A DNA stretch of 64,000 nucleotides from Candidatus Omnitrophota bacterium (GTDB taxonomy: Bacteria; Omnitrophota; Omnitrophia; Omnitrophales; Aquincolibacteriaceae): positions 13,381 through 77,380 of the forward strand of contig DAOPYQ010000004.1 of assembly GCA_035352955.1 (NCBI GenBank), in the 5' to 3' direction. Each line of letters starts with the position of its first letter. Positions within the stretch are counted from its first letter, which is position 1. Made by a program: the position numbers and the translations under genes. Below, in pieces: positions 19,568-31,300 of this stretch. The notes under the pieces are model-generated. The model worked only from the letters and a program-made list of their open reading frames with translations. It was not told the DNA's origin and did not search any database.

Positions 19568-20668
19568 TTAGAAGAAACCTTTCTTCGCGTGAACCTTGTC
19601 GCCGCGCAAAGCTCCGAGCTTTTCAAGCAGTTCCCGCTCTTCCTTGCCCAGTTTGGTGGGCACATCAATATCAACCTTTACATATTCGTCTCCGCGGTGT
19701 TCCGTCATGCCGTAAAGCGGCACGCCCTCTTCCTTGATCCTGAGGACCTTTCCCGAGGGCGTTCCCGCAGGGATCTTCAACGTCGTTTCCCCCGTCAAGG
19801 TCGGGACTTTCACTTCACCGCCGAGCGCCGCCACCGTATAAGGAATAAGGACTTGGCAGTAGATATCCTGCCCTTGGCGCTCGAATGTTTTGTCTTTTTT
19901 CACCAGCACATGGATATAAAGATCACCGCGTGACGCGCCGCCTTGCCCGGCCTCGCCCTCGCCGGTCATCCGCAACCGAGAACCATGCTCGATCCCCGCC
20001 GGGATCTTGACCTGCAGCTTGCGAACCTTCCGGGCCCGGCCCTCGCCGTGACAGACCCCGCAGGGCTTCTCGATCGATTCCCCTTCCCCGTGACATCTCG
20101 GACAGGTGCGCCTTAGCGTGAAAAATCCCTGCGAAACCCGGACCTCGCCCCGGCCGCCACAATCCTGGCAGACCTTCCGCTTCGAACCCTTCTCCGCCCC
20201 GCTGCCCTGGCATTCCGCGCAGGTCTCGCGCCTCGGGATCTCAAGGTCAAGTTCCTTGCCCGTCAAAACTTCGGCAAGCAGGATCTCCGCCGTATATTCC
20301 AGATCGGACCCACGCTGACCGCGCCCGCCACGACGGCGTCCGCCGCCCTCGGTCCCGCCGAAAAAGCCTTCGAAAAGATCCCCAAAAATATCACTGAACC
20401 CGCCGAAGGCATCCTGAAATCCTTCGAACCCGGAGAATCCCCCGCCGCCAAGACTGTGCCCGAACTGGTCGTAACGCGATCTTTTTTCGGGATCGCTTAA
20501 AATCGCGTATGCCTCGGCCGCCTCCTTGAAACTCTCCTCGGCAACCTTGTTGCCGGGATTGCGGTCAGGATGGAACTTCAGCGCCAGCCGGCGGTAACTT
20601 TTCTTGATCTCTTCACCCGCGGCGTTGCGGCTCACTTCTAACACTTCATAGTAATCGCGTTTAGTCAT
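19568..20668 (-). CDS. dnaJ: molecular chaperone DnaJ (Hsp40)
   Basis: J-domain YYEVLEV...HPDRNPG. A Gly/Phe-rich linker. Four CxxCxGxG zinc-finger repeats ([32 protein letters not shown]). Confidence 0.95.
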   Translation of the reverse strand: MTKRDYYEVLEVSRNAAGEEIKKSYRRLALKFHPDRNPGNKVAEESFKEAAEAYAILSDPEKRSRYDQFGHSLGGGGFSGFEGFQDAFGGFSDIFGDLFEGFFGGTEGGGRRRGGRGQRGSDLEYTAEILLAEVLTGKELDLEIPRRETCAECQGSGAEKGSKRKVCQDCGGRGEVRVSQGFFTLRRTCPRCHGEGESIEKPCGVCHGEGRARKVRKLQVKIPAGIEHGSRLRMTGEGEAGQGGASRGDLYIHVLVKKDKTFERQGQDIYCQVLIPYTVAALGGEVKVPTLTGETTLKIPAGTPSGKVLRIKEEGVPLYGMTEHRGDEYVKVDIDVPTKLGKEERELLEKLGALRGDKVHAKKGFF

Positions 20669-20753
20669 AAATTCCCGGATTTCGGATGAAGGATAACGGA
20701 TGACGAAAAACAGGCTTTTGCAACATCCGTCATCCTATTTCCGTCTTCCTGTC

Positions 20754-21395
20754 TTAAGTGATTTCGTCCAGTTTCTGGTCGCCTGTCGCTTGAGGCGGGA
20801 CCCGGACGCGCACCTTGGCGGCCCGAAGTAACCGGTCGTGCAGCATGTACCCGGGTTCAAGTTCGTCCACGATCTGGTCTTCGGCGCCTTCTTCAGTCAC
20901 ATGTCCCACCACTTCGTGGAAATGCGGGTCGAATTTCTGGCCGGCTGTCCCGATTCGCTTGAGACCGTGAACTTTGAGGATATCGAACAACTGTTTTTGG
21001 ACCATCTGCACGCCCGAAATAAGCGTTTTCAGGTTCTGCTGAAGGGCATCTTCCCCCGTCACGGTCGCCGACGCTACCGTTGCGTGATTGATCGCACGCT
21101 CAAAATTATCAAGCACCGGAAGAATCTCCCGGAGGATCCGCTCCTGGCTGAATTTGATGAATTCCTCTTTGTCGCGGGCGTTCCGTTTCTTGGCGTTCTC
21201 AAAATCCGCGGCCGCGTGAAGGAACTTTTCGCGTAAGCCTTCAAGCTCCGCGACCTTCTGCGTCAGGGCTTCGTATTCCTGCTTCGAAACTTCGATCTTA
21301 TCGCCTGCCGGCGCTTCGGAAGGCGCGGAAATCGGCTTGTCGCCCTCCGGTTTTTCATGATGATGATTTTTTTTCGACATGATCAACCTTCCCAT
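20754..21395 (-). CDS. grpE: nucleotide exchange factor GrpE
   Basis: Coiled-coil N-terminal half followed by a GrpE-typical C-terminal beta-sheet domain (EVVGHVTEEGAEDQIVDELEPGYMLHDRLLRAAKVRV). It overlaps hrcA by 13 nt. Confidence 0.9.
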   Translation of the reverse strand: MGRLIMSKKNHHHEKPEGDKPISAPSEAPAGDKIEVSKQEYEALTQKVAELEGLREKFLHAAADFENAKKRNARDKEEFIKFSQERILREILPVLDNFERAINHATVASATVTGEDALQQNLKTLISGVQMVQKQLFDILKVHGLKRIGTAGQKFDPHFHEVVGHVTEEGAEDQIVDELEPGYMLHDRLLRAAKVRVRVPPQATGDQKLDEIT

Positions 21396-22189
21396 TCTAT
21401 TTGTTCGAGAATATCCCCGACCAGGACCGCCATTTGCGAAACCATCGGGATAATCCGGCGATAGGCCATTCTCTTCGGACCCAGGATCGCGATGGCACCG
21501 CTCCCGTGCCGGCCGTCCTGGTAGCGGGCCGTCACGATCGCGCAGTCTTCGAGGGCCTCCTGCCCGTGCTCATGCCCGATCGCGATCGATACGGGACTTT
21601 CCCCGATACGCCGGAGCAAACAATTCGAGAGCGCCTCTTTTTCTTCCAGCGCCCCAAAAAGCGTTTTCACCTTGCGAAGATCCTGGAATTCCGGTTTTTC
21701 CAACATATGGGTCACTCCCTGGAACGACAACTTCGAACGGCTCGCCCGGAGCGGCATCAGCATCAACCCGATCTCTTGCGACATCGAGGAAAGGAGCAGC
21801 GACACGCGATCGAGAAAAAGTTCGACCCCCTCTTCCGGCGTCCCGACCGAAAGTTCCTCGGAGATCTTTTCGCAAGAGCCCCGGGGCATAGGTTCCTCGA
21901 ACGCCGTGTGATCCAGATAATACCGGTAACCGTGGTCCGTCGGAATACGCCCGGCCGACGTGTGCGGGTGCATCAGGTAGCCGACCTCTTCGAGGTAACC
22001 CATTTCATTCCGGACCGTGGCCGGCGAAAAAGAATACGAATACCGCTCGACGATGGCACGCGAGCCGACAGGCTGGCTGGTCTCGATATGCGTCTCAACG
22101 ACACTCTTCAGGATCGATGTTTGTCTCTGGGATAATTGTTCCACCCCGCTAGAGATTGTCCGGACAGGAATTTTTAAGTTTTTATCCAT
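21383..22189 (-). CDS. hrcA: heat-inducible transcription repressor HrcA
   Basis: LSQRQTSILKSVVETHIETSQPVGSRAIVERY...SPATVRNEMGYLEEVGYLMHPHTSAGRIPTDHGYRYYLD is the HrcA winged-helix signature. The C-terminus has GAIAILGPKRMAYRRIIPMV. Confidence 0.85.
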   Translation of the reverse strand: MDKNLKIPVRTISSGVEQLSQRQTSILKSVVETHIETSQPVGSRAIVERYSYSFSPATVRNEMGYLEEVGYLMHPHTSAGRIPTDHGYRYYLDHTAFEEPMPRGSCEKISEELSVGTPEEGVELFLDRVSLLLSSMSQEIGLMLMPLRASRSKLSFQGVTHMLEKPEFQDLRKVKTLFGALEEKEALSNCLLRRIGESPVSIAIGHEHGQEALEDCAIVTARYQDGRHGSGAIAILGPKRMAYRRIIPMVSQMAVLVGDILEQIEWEG

Positions 22190-22367
22190 GCAAAAAAGGT
22201 CCCATACGTGAAGAAAATTTCCCCATCTTCAACAGAAGCGTTTTAAAAACGTTTCTTATCTCTAACGGGGTCCATAGGGTGCGTATGATAACAAAAATTC
22301 TCAATTCTGAGAAGGTATCGTTATAGCGCCTTAAGCTGGCCCAGCGACATACCGCGTTGTGCGAATA

Positions 22368-25300
22368 TTATGCCGCCGAAGAAATAACCACGTAGGCGTC
22401 AAAGAGTATTTCAAGAGCGCGGGAAGCATTAAACCCAAGGCGATCCGCAATGAATTGGCGGAGGCTCCCCGTCCTGGAGATGGCCTCATCGAGATAGGAC
22501 GACCAGGATAACTCAACCCCCGCGATAAAATCGCCCTCTTGAAGGCCCTGGAATACCGCTTTGACTTTTTGCCGCAGCCTTTGGGACAACGACTGAAGAT
22601 TGGCCGCCGCATCCCCCGTGAAATAAATGACCTGCGCGTTCCCGGGGATCTGCATGGCATTCGATTCCGTGAACACATGCCCGCCGAAACTCTCCAGCTC
22701 CCGGAGCTTTGCTTCCGTCTTCTTTGAAACCTTCCCGGTGACCACGAGATTCAGCTCTTTTCCGTAAATCCCTTTGAGCGCAAGCAATTCATTCCACCTC
22801 CGGTCGCCTTTGACCGTCCCCAGAACTTCAAGCGACCTTGCATCGATCGCGAAGAACACATTCTGCGACGGCACGCCGTCCATGAACCGGCCTTCGGCCG
22901 CGTTAGCCGGTCCACGCGCAACGCGCAACGTAGAACCTTTTTCTTTCGTTGAGCTTTGCGCGTTGAGCGTTGCGCTGTTTTCCCTCCGCATCTCGGCGCG
23001 AGGGGGCACAACCCCTCCCTCGCGGACGCCGTCCGGTTGATCGGATACCATACCGGTCTTCTCCATTTTTTGGATGTGCGTGGCAAACAATGCCGCGAGT
23101 TCCTGTCTTCCAGTCACTTGACTCACTCGTCCGGCCACGATATCCGCGGCAAATGCCATAATAAAACGTTTGAGATCGTCTTTTTCCTTAAAGAGCGGTG
23201 CATACACATCAAAAAGCGGTTGGGAAGCCGCCGGAAGAAAAACGGAAAAGCTGCCGAGGTGAGAGCCATAATCGCGGCAGTAGATCTCGAAATCAAATTC
23301 GAGGTTTTCCACGTAATGTCCCACCAGTGCCCGTTCAATCTCAAGGGCGGCAAAGAACACCTCGGGGTCATCAAGCTGCCGCACCATTTCAGGGAACCGG
23401 CTGAACAGCAAATGATCGAACATAGGGATGTCGCTGTGCCATTTCAAAAGAGCTCTTACTCTTTCCGGTCTTTTCACAGCGGGACCCTGATTGAGAAACG
23501 GCAAAATGGCGTCGATCGCACCCGAAACGGTCCGGATCATTTCTTCGATTCGCTGATTGCTACTCTCTTCCGGCATAGCCGCGGTGTTTGCCTCAAGATT
23601 CACATCTGCGGGAACGGCAACCTGGTGGAGTGAGTAAGTTATCCCAAGGTCCCCCGCGTCAAAGCCAAGGACCTCATACCGGAAAGCCCGGTCGAACGTA
23701 ATGGCATCTAACGCCCGAAACACTTCGCTCTTTAAATCGGGATATTTTTGACCCGTTTCAATCAGCGCCGGCAAAGCTTCAAATGCATCCGGTCCAAGTT
23801 TTTCCAAATCCGCCACCGCAACCTTCCTCTCAGAAGAATCCCCCTCCCGTAATCGCCGGACAAAAGGGTCGATCGTCGAATATTTATCCACCCCTTGGTC
23901 TTTTCCAGATCTTTCTAATCTCTCCTGCTTTTGGGGAAGACGCTTAAGCCCTTCGCCGTTAACAATCTTAAGCAGCTCGGAAGCCTTCGCCTGAACATCC
24001 TCGGAAGAACTATGGGCCTGACAATCCAGCAAGACAGACATCACTGTTTTCTTTTCCGTATCAATCGCAACCAAAGATTTCAATGCGTTTTCCTGAGCCC
24101 AGCTATCTGCTTTCCTTTTGACCAACCGCATCAGGGACGGAACAGCCCTTTGTGCGCCCGGTCCGATTTCACCCAGAACTTTTGCCGCCATCCTCAGTTC
24201 GACGATACGGTTAAACTGTCGACCGTAGTCCATAACGTCCATATTATCCTCTACCGTTTTGATCAAAAGGTCTACAACCTCGCCTCGTCTCGCATCGTTT
24301 CGGACGAGCCTTACAAGATTATCCCAAGCGGTGTTATCGCGATAAGCTGAATTCAACAGCAAAGAAAGCACTTTAGGCATCTCCACACCGCGAGCGCCCA
24401 ACACTTTGGCCGCGCCAAGTCTGCCTGAAAGATCCGCGTTCTTATCCTCCATCGCCCGAATCAGTGCAGACGTCAGCCGGGGATCCGCAAGATAAGCATC
24501 ATCCAAAACAGCGATAAATTCAAAATTTCCCCGTTGAATTTCCGTCTGGATCATCGGAAGCGCCATTTCTCCCATTCGCCGCAAAGCCTTCGCAAGTTTT
24601 TCACGGTTTTGAAGATCGCCCCTCCGAGCCATTGATTGATAAGCGCGGATCCAACCTTTGATCAATCGGTTCTTGTCGATGGCATCACGTTTCTCCGCAC
24701 GAAATTCATTCTGAGCGTTCGCGACAAGCACCCCCGCCGAAAGAACGACCCCCCTCACGGAATCTGGCATGCTGAACCAATCGGGGACCCGGATCCTGGC
24801 TGTAGTCCTGTCAAAGAGAAAACCCTTCCGGTCACTGCCCGGAACATCTACCGGAACGACACCCTCTCCCATCCTGGCGTACACATCCTTCACGCCCTGG
24901 TTCTTTTCCGAAGGCATGTAATACCCGACCGCTTTGCCAAGCTTTCCAACCACATAGGCCATAAAAAGGTTTTCAACCTTTCCTCCCATCCCTCCGACCC
25001 ACGCGCGACAGCTCTGGCAAAAACTTTCAATGACAGGCACCGGCCCGTTGCAATCGACCACCATCACGGCCACGATCCCCTGATCGCCTTCCCGGTCCTT
25101 CTGCTGCAGTGAAAAGACTCGGTAAGTCCCGTGCTCTCCGGACAACCGGTCCACGAGATCTTCGCGCGTAAAAGTTCTTCCGGTCATATTAAAACGGTTC
25201 GCGCGCTCGAAAAGCTCGACGACCCGATCGATCCTCGACGAAGCCGGGGTCTCTTCAAAGATCTCAACGGCCATGCCAAGTCCGCGCAGATAATCGTTAA

Positions 25301-28300
25301 AGCTTTGCCGCACGCTCTTGGCTACCTCCCAGCCTTGTTCGCGCCTCTTTTGATCTTCATAAAGACGGGTCCGGTTCCGGGCTTCCGGCGTAAGGGATCC
25401 ACTCTGAGGAGGAATAAAATCATCCAAGATCCGGGGCCACTCCGAAGGCGACGCAGGCAGTTCCGGAACTAAAACCTCGGGAAAGGCCTGCCGGACCCGG
25501 GCCCGTTCGAACGGAGAATCATCCAGGAAAACAAATGAATCGAGACCCAGGTGAAGTTTTTCGGCGATTTCCTTTAAATGTTCGGCTTTGTTCCGGTCAT
25601 CCGCCCAAATGCCGGCAAGATCCTGACGGCGCAGGGCCATTTCAGGCCTCTGGGCAAAAACCGCTTCGACGTCTTTCGGGGTATTCCGGCTTGAGATCAC
25701 CAGCAGGATTCCCCGTTCTTTCAATGCTAGAACTTTTTTCTGGACCGCCAGGAACTCTTCCGTCAGTCGTACCCCTTCCGGACCCACTTCTGACACAGCC
25801 TCACCCCAAAGCGTAAAGTCCGCATCGAGAACGACGACCTTGACGAGTTTCGGCATCGGCGCGCCAAAAGCTTTAAAAACATCTTCGGAAGCGATGGAAC
25901 GCAATTCGGCGCGGGCAGGGTCAGAATCGGGAACCTGCGGCGATGCAACCGTTTTATTCGTTTTTGCCGCTCCGCGAGCATGATCCCCAACCCCTCTCTC
26001 GCGGCTGTTCGCCTGCACTTGAGCGGCAAGCATGTCTCTCGTTTGTAATTCGGTTTTATCTTTCAAAGAATTTGCAAGCTGGTCTGTATATTCCGTCCCA
26101 ATCTCAGCAAGAACCCTGACAAGGTTCGCTTTGTACTTATCCGTACCAACATCATAAAGCGAGAGAAGATCGTCAATCCTCCTGAGAATATTCCCTTCAT
26201 AAAGCCACAAAACAACACCCTCCACCGCTGCGTCGTCATATTCGGAAGAAACAGTTTCAAGAAGCTTTCGAAGATTTTGGACTGGCTCAACGCTATAGTC
26301 TCCCGCGGAATATCGCTTTTCGGTCGGAGCCTTATCCAATTGATTCCGCTGATCATCGTGGGAGTTAAAAAAGATCGTAGGGGCGGTGTAACCAAAAGAA
26401 AGCACCGGCCTTCCGGTTGCATCAAAATATTGCACGGTCCAGCAAGCCGCCGAACTCGCTTCATCGATATCCTCGCTGCTGCGTATTTCGATCTTTTTTC
26501 CGGCAACGTCGCGGCGACTATCTTCCAATGAAAAAGGTTTCTCGATCAAACGATACTGTTCTTCGGTAATGGCCCCGCCAGTTCTAAGCTTAGTCAACAT
26601 TGCATACACTACCAGCCGGCTCGCTCCCATAATATAAATATCGCGAATGTGGTCATAAATCAGACGCACAGCTTTCCCGATACTTGGATGCTCATAACTC
26701 GCTGAAGTCAAAAATTGTGCCAAAACTACCGCCTCATTCGCACCTATGCCATACTTTCCAAGAACAAACGGATCCCTAATAATATCCTCCGCCATTTTTA
26801 ACGCAGTATTTAAGCGCTCCGCAGGATTCCTCTGATGGGAAATTTGTTCCTCCCGCATTTCGGCGCGGAGGGTCTCAGCCTCTCTCTCGCGGACGCCGTC
26901 CGGTTCGCTCTTGCGGCGGCCGAGCAATTCATGAATAAAATGTTTCTCGAGGTTTGCGGTAAAAACAGCTTTTTTGTCCGGGCTATTTTGGACCGTTTTG
27001 AACTTCTCTTCCGCTTGCTGATTCAGCTCCACGAGCCGCGGCACCGTAAATTCCGGCTTGATGCTGCCATCCGTTTGCAGATAAGCCTTGAGAAACTCCT
27101 GCTTGAATTCCGGAATATGGATCCCGTAACTGGCGTCCAGCGCGACACCGTTCTCTTCGAGGACATCCTCCCCGGTGACGAACAAAGACTGATGGTCGCC
27201 GTCCACAACGACGACGTCCCCTTCGCGCAACTTTTGACCGTTCTCCAAAACGATGGTTTGTTCATCCAACCGCGTGCCGGCCACATTAATGAGGGACGGT
27301 ATGCCGGAAAGCCGCGACAGGACCGCTTCATGCGAAGAAGCGTTCCCGTAACCTAATGTCAGCAGGCCGGAGCGGGAATATTCAAAAAGAAGCGCCAGTA
27401 GTTCATCCTGGTCTTTCTCACGCGCCACAAAAATGACCGGTTTCCCCTCCCGGATCAACTCACGTGCCCTGTCCACACTCCAGGCGAGATGGCCCTGCAT
27501 CGCACCCGGCGTCGCCGCCGGCGCAGTCGCCACGGGCTTCGCCGCTACGACGTCCCTGACCCTATAGAGTTTTCTTGACCCCAACCGCTCCTGAAGTTTT
27601 TCAAGCTGCGGGATCGCCCTGGCCTCCGTGATCTTGTTCGCCGCCAATTGTTCCCGGATGTACGCGATCTCGGCCTGCGTCGCAAAATTGATCCGGCGCG
27701 TCTGAACAAAATAAAGCTTCCCATGATTGACCACAAATTCGACCTCTTGGGGACCCACCACGTCTTCGAGTTTTTTTGCGGCGTCCACTAGTTGCGTATA
27801 GATCTCCGGGGCAACCTGCGCGAGGGCGTTGAGGTCCTCCCCCAGTTTCCCGTTCGTCATGAGTTCGCTGCCATCGGCATTCTCACTGTATCTTCCGAAA
27901 AGTCCGGCACCATTCGTGTTCGGATCCCGGGTCGAGAAAGCCCCCGCCATACACAACGCGACAGGCTCCTTGCGCGCGCGCTTTCCGTCATATTGACCGA
28001 AGGGATCAGCCTTCCCGCTTTCAAACTTCTGAACGATCAACGGAAGATCGTAGGCGTCCGGAATGCCTTCTCTTTTCCGGTACACTTTGGCTTTCGGAGA
28101 CTCCCAAGCCTTGGCCGCCGTCTGGATCTCGCTGACAGGATTGTTGAACGTTCGGATACTTTCAAGAATCCCCGGCATGGAACGTTTGGGATTGCTTCTA
28201 ACGATCAAGTCTTCATAACCCCCGGAATGGATCTTAATGCCAATACGGTTTAATTGCCTTTTAATAAAAGCGTCATAGACCGGCCTTTCTTCGTATTGAA

Positions 28301-31300
28301 TCCCCGCCAAAACAGACGCCAGCTCCGCACTGAGGGCGATCCCCGGAGGATAGGGCAATCCCAGCTTTTCAAAGATCAGGAATCCGGCTTCCTTGTTCCC
28401 CATCCCGCGTTGATAAATCCCCTTGCCCAGCTGACGGACCCCCGCATCGACCTTCGCCTCGACATCGGAATACTCTCCCAGCAGGATTCTTCTCAGGAGG
28501 ATGCTGTCAGCCGAATAGTAAAGCTCCATCAGGTCGCCGAATTCTTCCGGAACAACGAGAGAGTCCACTGCGACGCCCATCATATAGTGACGGGTTGAAT
28601 CCCAATCCTCTATATTCCGGTAATATTTTAAATAAGCATTCCGGATTCCGAACTTTTCTTTCAGAAAAACAAGGAACGGGCCTTCCATCACTTTTTTCGT
28701 CCCCTGGGGAAGCCCCTCCAGAAACCTTGCGTCATCCTCCGGAGTATCCAATCGCGTGCTATCGGATTGGGTTATGATGACCACCATGCCCGCTTCTTCC
28801 GCGGGTTCCAGTACCCGCAAATGCGATTTCCCGATTTGGTAAAGTTCGAAAAGAGCCTTCAGGTCCAGCTTCGGATTGATCTTGATCGCGGCTCGATAGA
28901 TCGCAGTAAATCTCTCATCCGGAGATTCTTGAATCCCGAGATCTTTGAGCCGTTCTTCCAGGGACTGTTCGGGGACCGGTGGGAAAACGATCCTGCGGAC
29001 CGTCTCATCGCCCGCCGCGAAATAAAATGCGGCGAAATCCGCGTATTCGGAAGTAACCTGCGTCATTTCCTGTTCCGTCACGTGACCCAGATGTCTGTTC
29101 ACCTCATAATCGATCTCGCACTCTCGCTCAATAACGCGATACGCCTGAGGAACATGAAAATCGCGACGCAGAGCCTCACAAGAAGGATCGTGCAAAAACG
29201 TGAACCTGACCTTTTTGTCTTTCCTGGTATCGAGCACCTTGCTAGCGGAATAATCCAACAGACCATAAAATTCTTCCCATTCATCGATCTTATAGACCTG
29301 TTCGCCGGAAGAACGGACCGTCGAAAGCCCGTCCTCCGCCCTCGAAGGCTGTACCATCCCCTTCTTCACCTTCGTATACGTTTCATACAACAATTTTAGA
29401 TCCAGCCCGGGGTTGACCCCTTGGGCGACCCGGAAAATGGCCATCAAAGAACCGTCCACCTCGGCTCCCGGGATCCCTTTTTCACTAAGGCTACGTTTCA
29501 AAGCCTCGGCATCCATCGGTTGCATCCCGGCAACACTCTTGCCCGTTCCTCTAAGGAGGTTCTCCATCGCCTCCTCGCCCAGAACAAGCATCATTTCGAT
29601 AAAAAGGTCGTGTTTCCCGGACGGAACCAGGAAGTCATCGCCTACCGATTTCCATCCGCCCTCAAACCTTTGCAAAGCGCGACGTTCTTTCTCGACATAC
29701 CCGCACCCGAAAATGCCATAGAATTTTTCAAGCAGCTTCAGGAAGGGATGATCCTCGACCCGTTCAACCCGGGGCTCGAAAGAATCCGCATACCGGACAT
29801 ATTCTTCATATTGGGTCGAAGGCCCGAGACGGAAGCGGCCTTTTTCATCCTTCACCGGATTTTTCTTTCGCGCCTCGAGAAATTGGTCCCGAGCCTTCTC
29901 GAACGCCACGAGATCAAGACCGGGATTAATGCCTTTCATGAATCCATAAAGCTCCTTGAAGTCACCCTGCAGATCGATCCCGAAAATCCTGGATTGAACG
30001 TCCTCGGAAGCCGACCAGGCGCCCAGGATCAGACAGAGGAACACCGGGATCGTCTTTTCAGCGGGGAAAACCAGCGTCAAACGCATTTTATCTTCCGAAT
30101 AGTGGGATTCACTGCGTTCATAATATCCCGCCTCCACCACGGCACTCTCGAGATCCGCAGGGATCTTTTTTCGGTGAAGAGCCACAAGGATTTTGGGACC
30201 CTCCAACATGTGCCAGCTATCGACATTATGGGAACGCTCGGTACTGATGGCCTCGGTGGCAAGCGCAATACGCAGATTTCCAGACTTCACTATCTTTTCG
30301 GCCACGGGTTCGAGGATCCTCTTGACCCGCATCAGACGTTCCCAATCCCCGCTAACAAAGACCCTGAGGATTCCGAACGAAATTTCCTGAACGTAGGGAT
30401 CCTCGGAAATGAGCCCGGAAACGAGATCGTTCAGCATTTTGTCGCTCACGATACTTCGGTCCTTCCCGACGATGACCTCGACAAAGAAACCGATCACTTC
30501 ATGACTCGTAAAATGCTCCGACGACGCCCATCCGGTATAGGGCGGCACAAAATGCGCCATCGTCACAAATGTTTCAACGATCGCTTCCAGACTTTCCCTT
30601 GTTTCAGGAAGTTGCTTGAACGCCCGGGCCGCCTGGACCCGCTTTTCTTGCTCCCGGTCACCCAGAAGCCTCACGATCCCGGCGATCTGTTCCATCTTTC
30701 GCTCCTGCGAAGTTTTCCCGGTCCGGAAATAACGCATAACCTCCGCTTCATACTGCGCGGGAACGATAAGATAAGTTTGAGTCTCGATCCTGTCACTATG
30801 GACCCCCTCCTGCACATAGCCCCAGCTTCCTTCCGTCACCATCGAAGCTTCCGGGATCTCCAAACGATCCTTGACCGTCGTGAGAACGGGATGCTGATCG
30901 ACCCGTTCCGGAAAACGCAGCATCTTCGCGGGCGCCTCTTCCACGGAAACGAGAAGATTACTTTGCTCGACCCAAAAACGTCCCGGCGCGACTCTTACGA
31001 TAGACTTCCCCTCGGCCGGTCCATTCGCCCGAAGTATTTTTTCAGCGACCTGCTCCACGAGATCGTCCTCGGTTCCGTTGTAAGGATGCACAAAAACATA
31101 CCGGCCAAGATCACCGCTCCACCTTGCAGCCTTAGAGAGTTCGCTAATGAAATCCCGGACGTCTTTTTCGGCGGCTTTGTCCACAACGAGGAAATAATCA
31201 TATTCGAAAGATGCAAAATGACGGGTAGGAGCCATGTCTCCCGGAAGCTCGAGATACTCCAGCGAAACGGGCACCAACGCCCGATTGATTTTTTCCGCGA

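Noticed and set aside
22190-22367. CIRCE element expected upstream of hrcA
   Set aside because: It could not be found by eye. Only an imperfect unrelated dyad is present. A computational scan would be needed before claiming absence.
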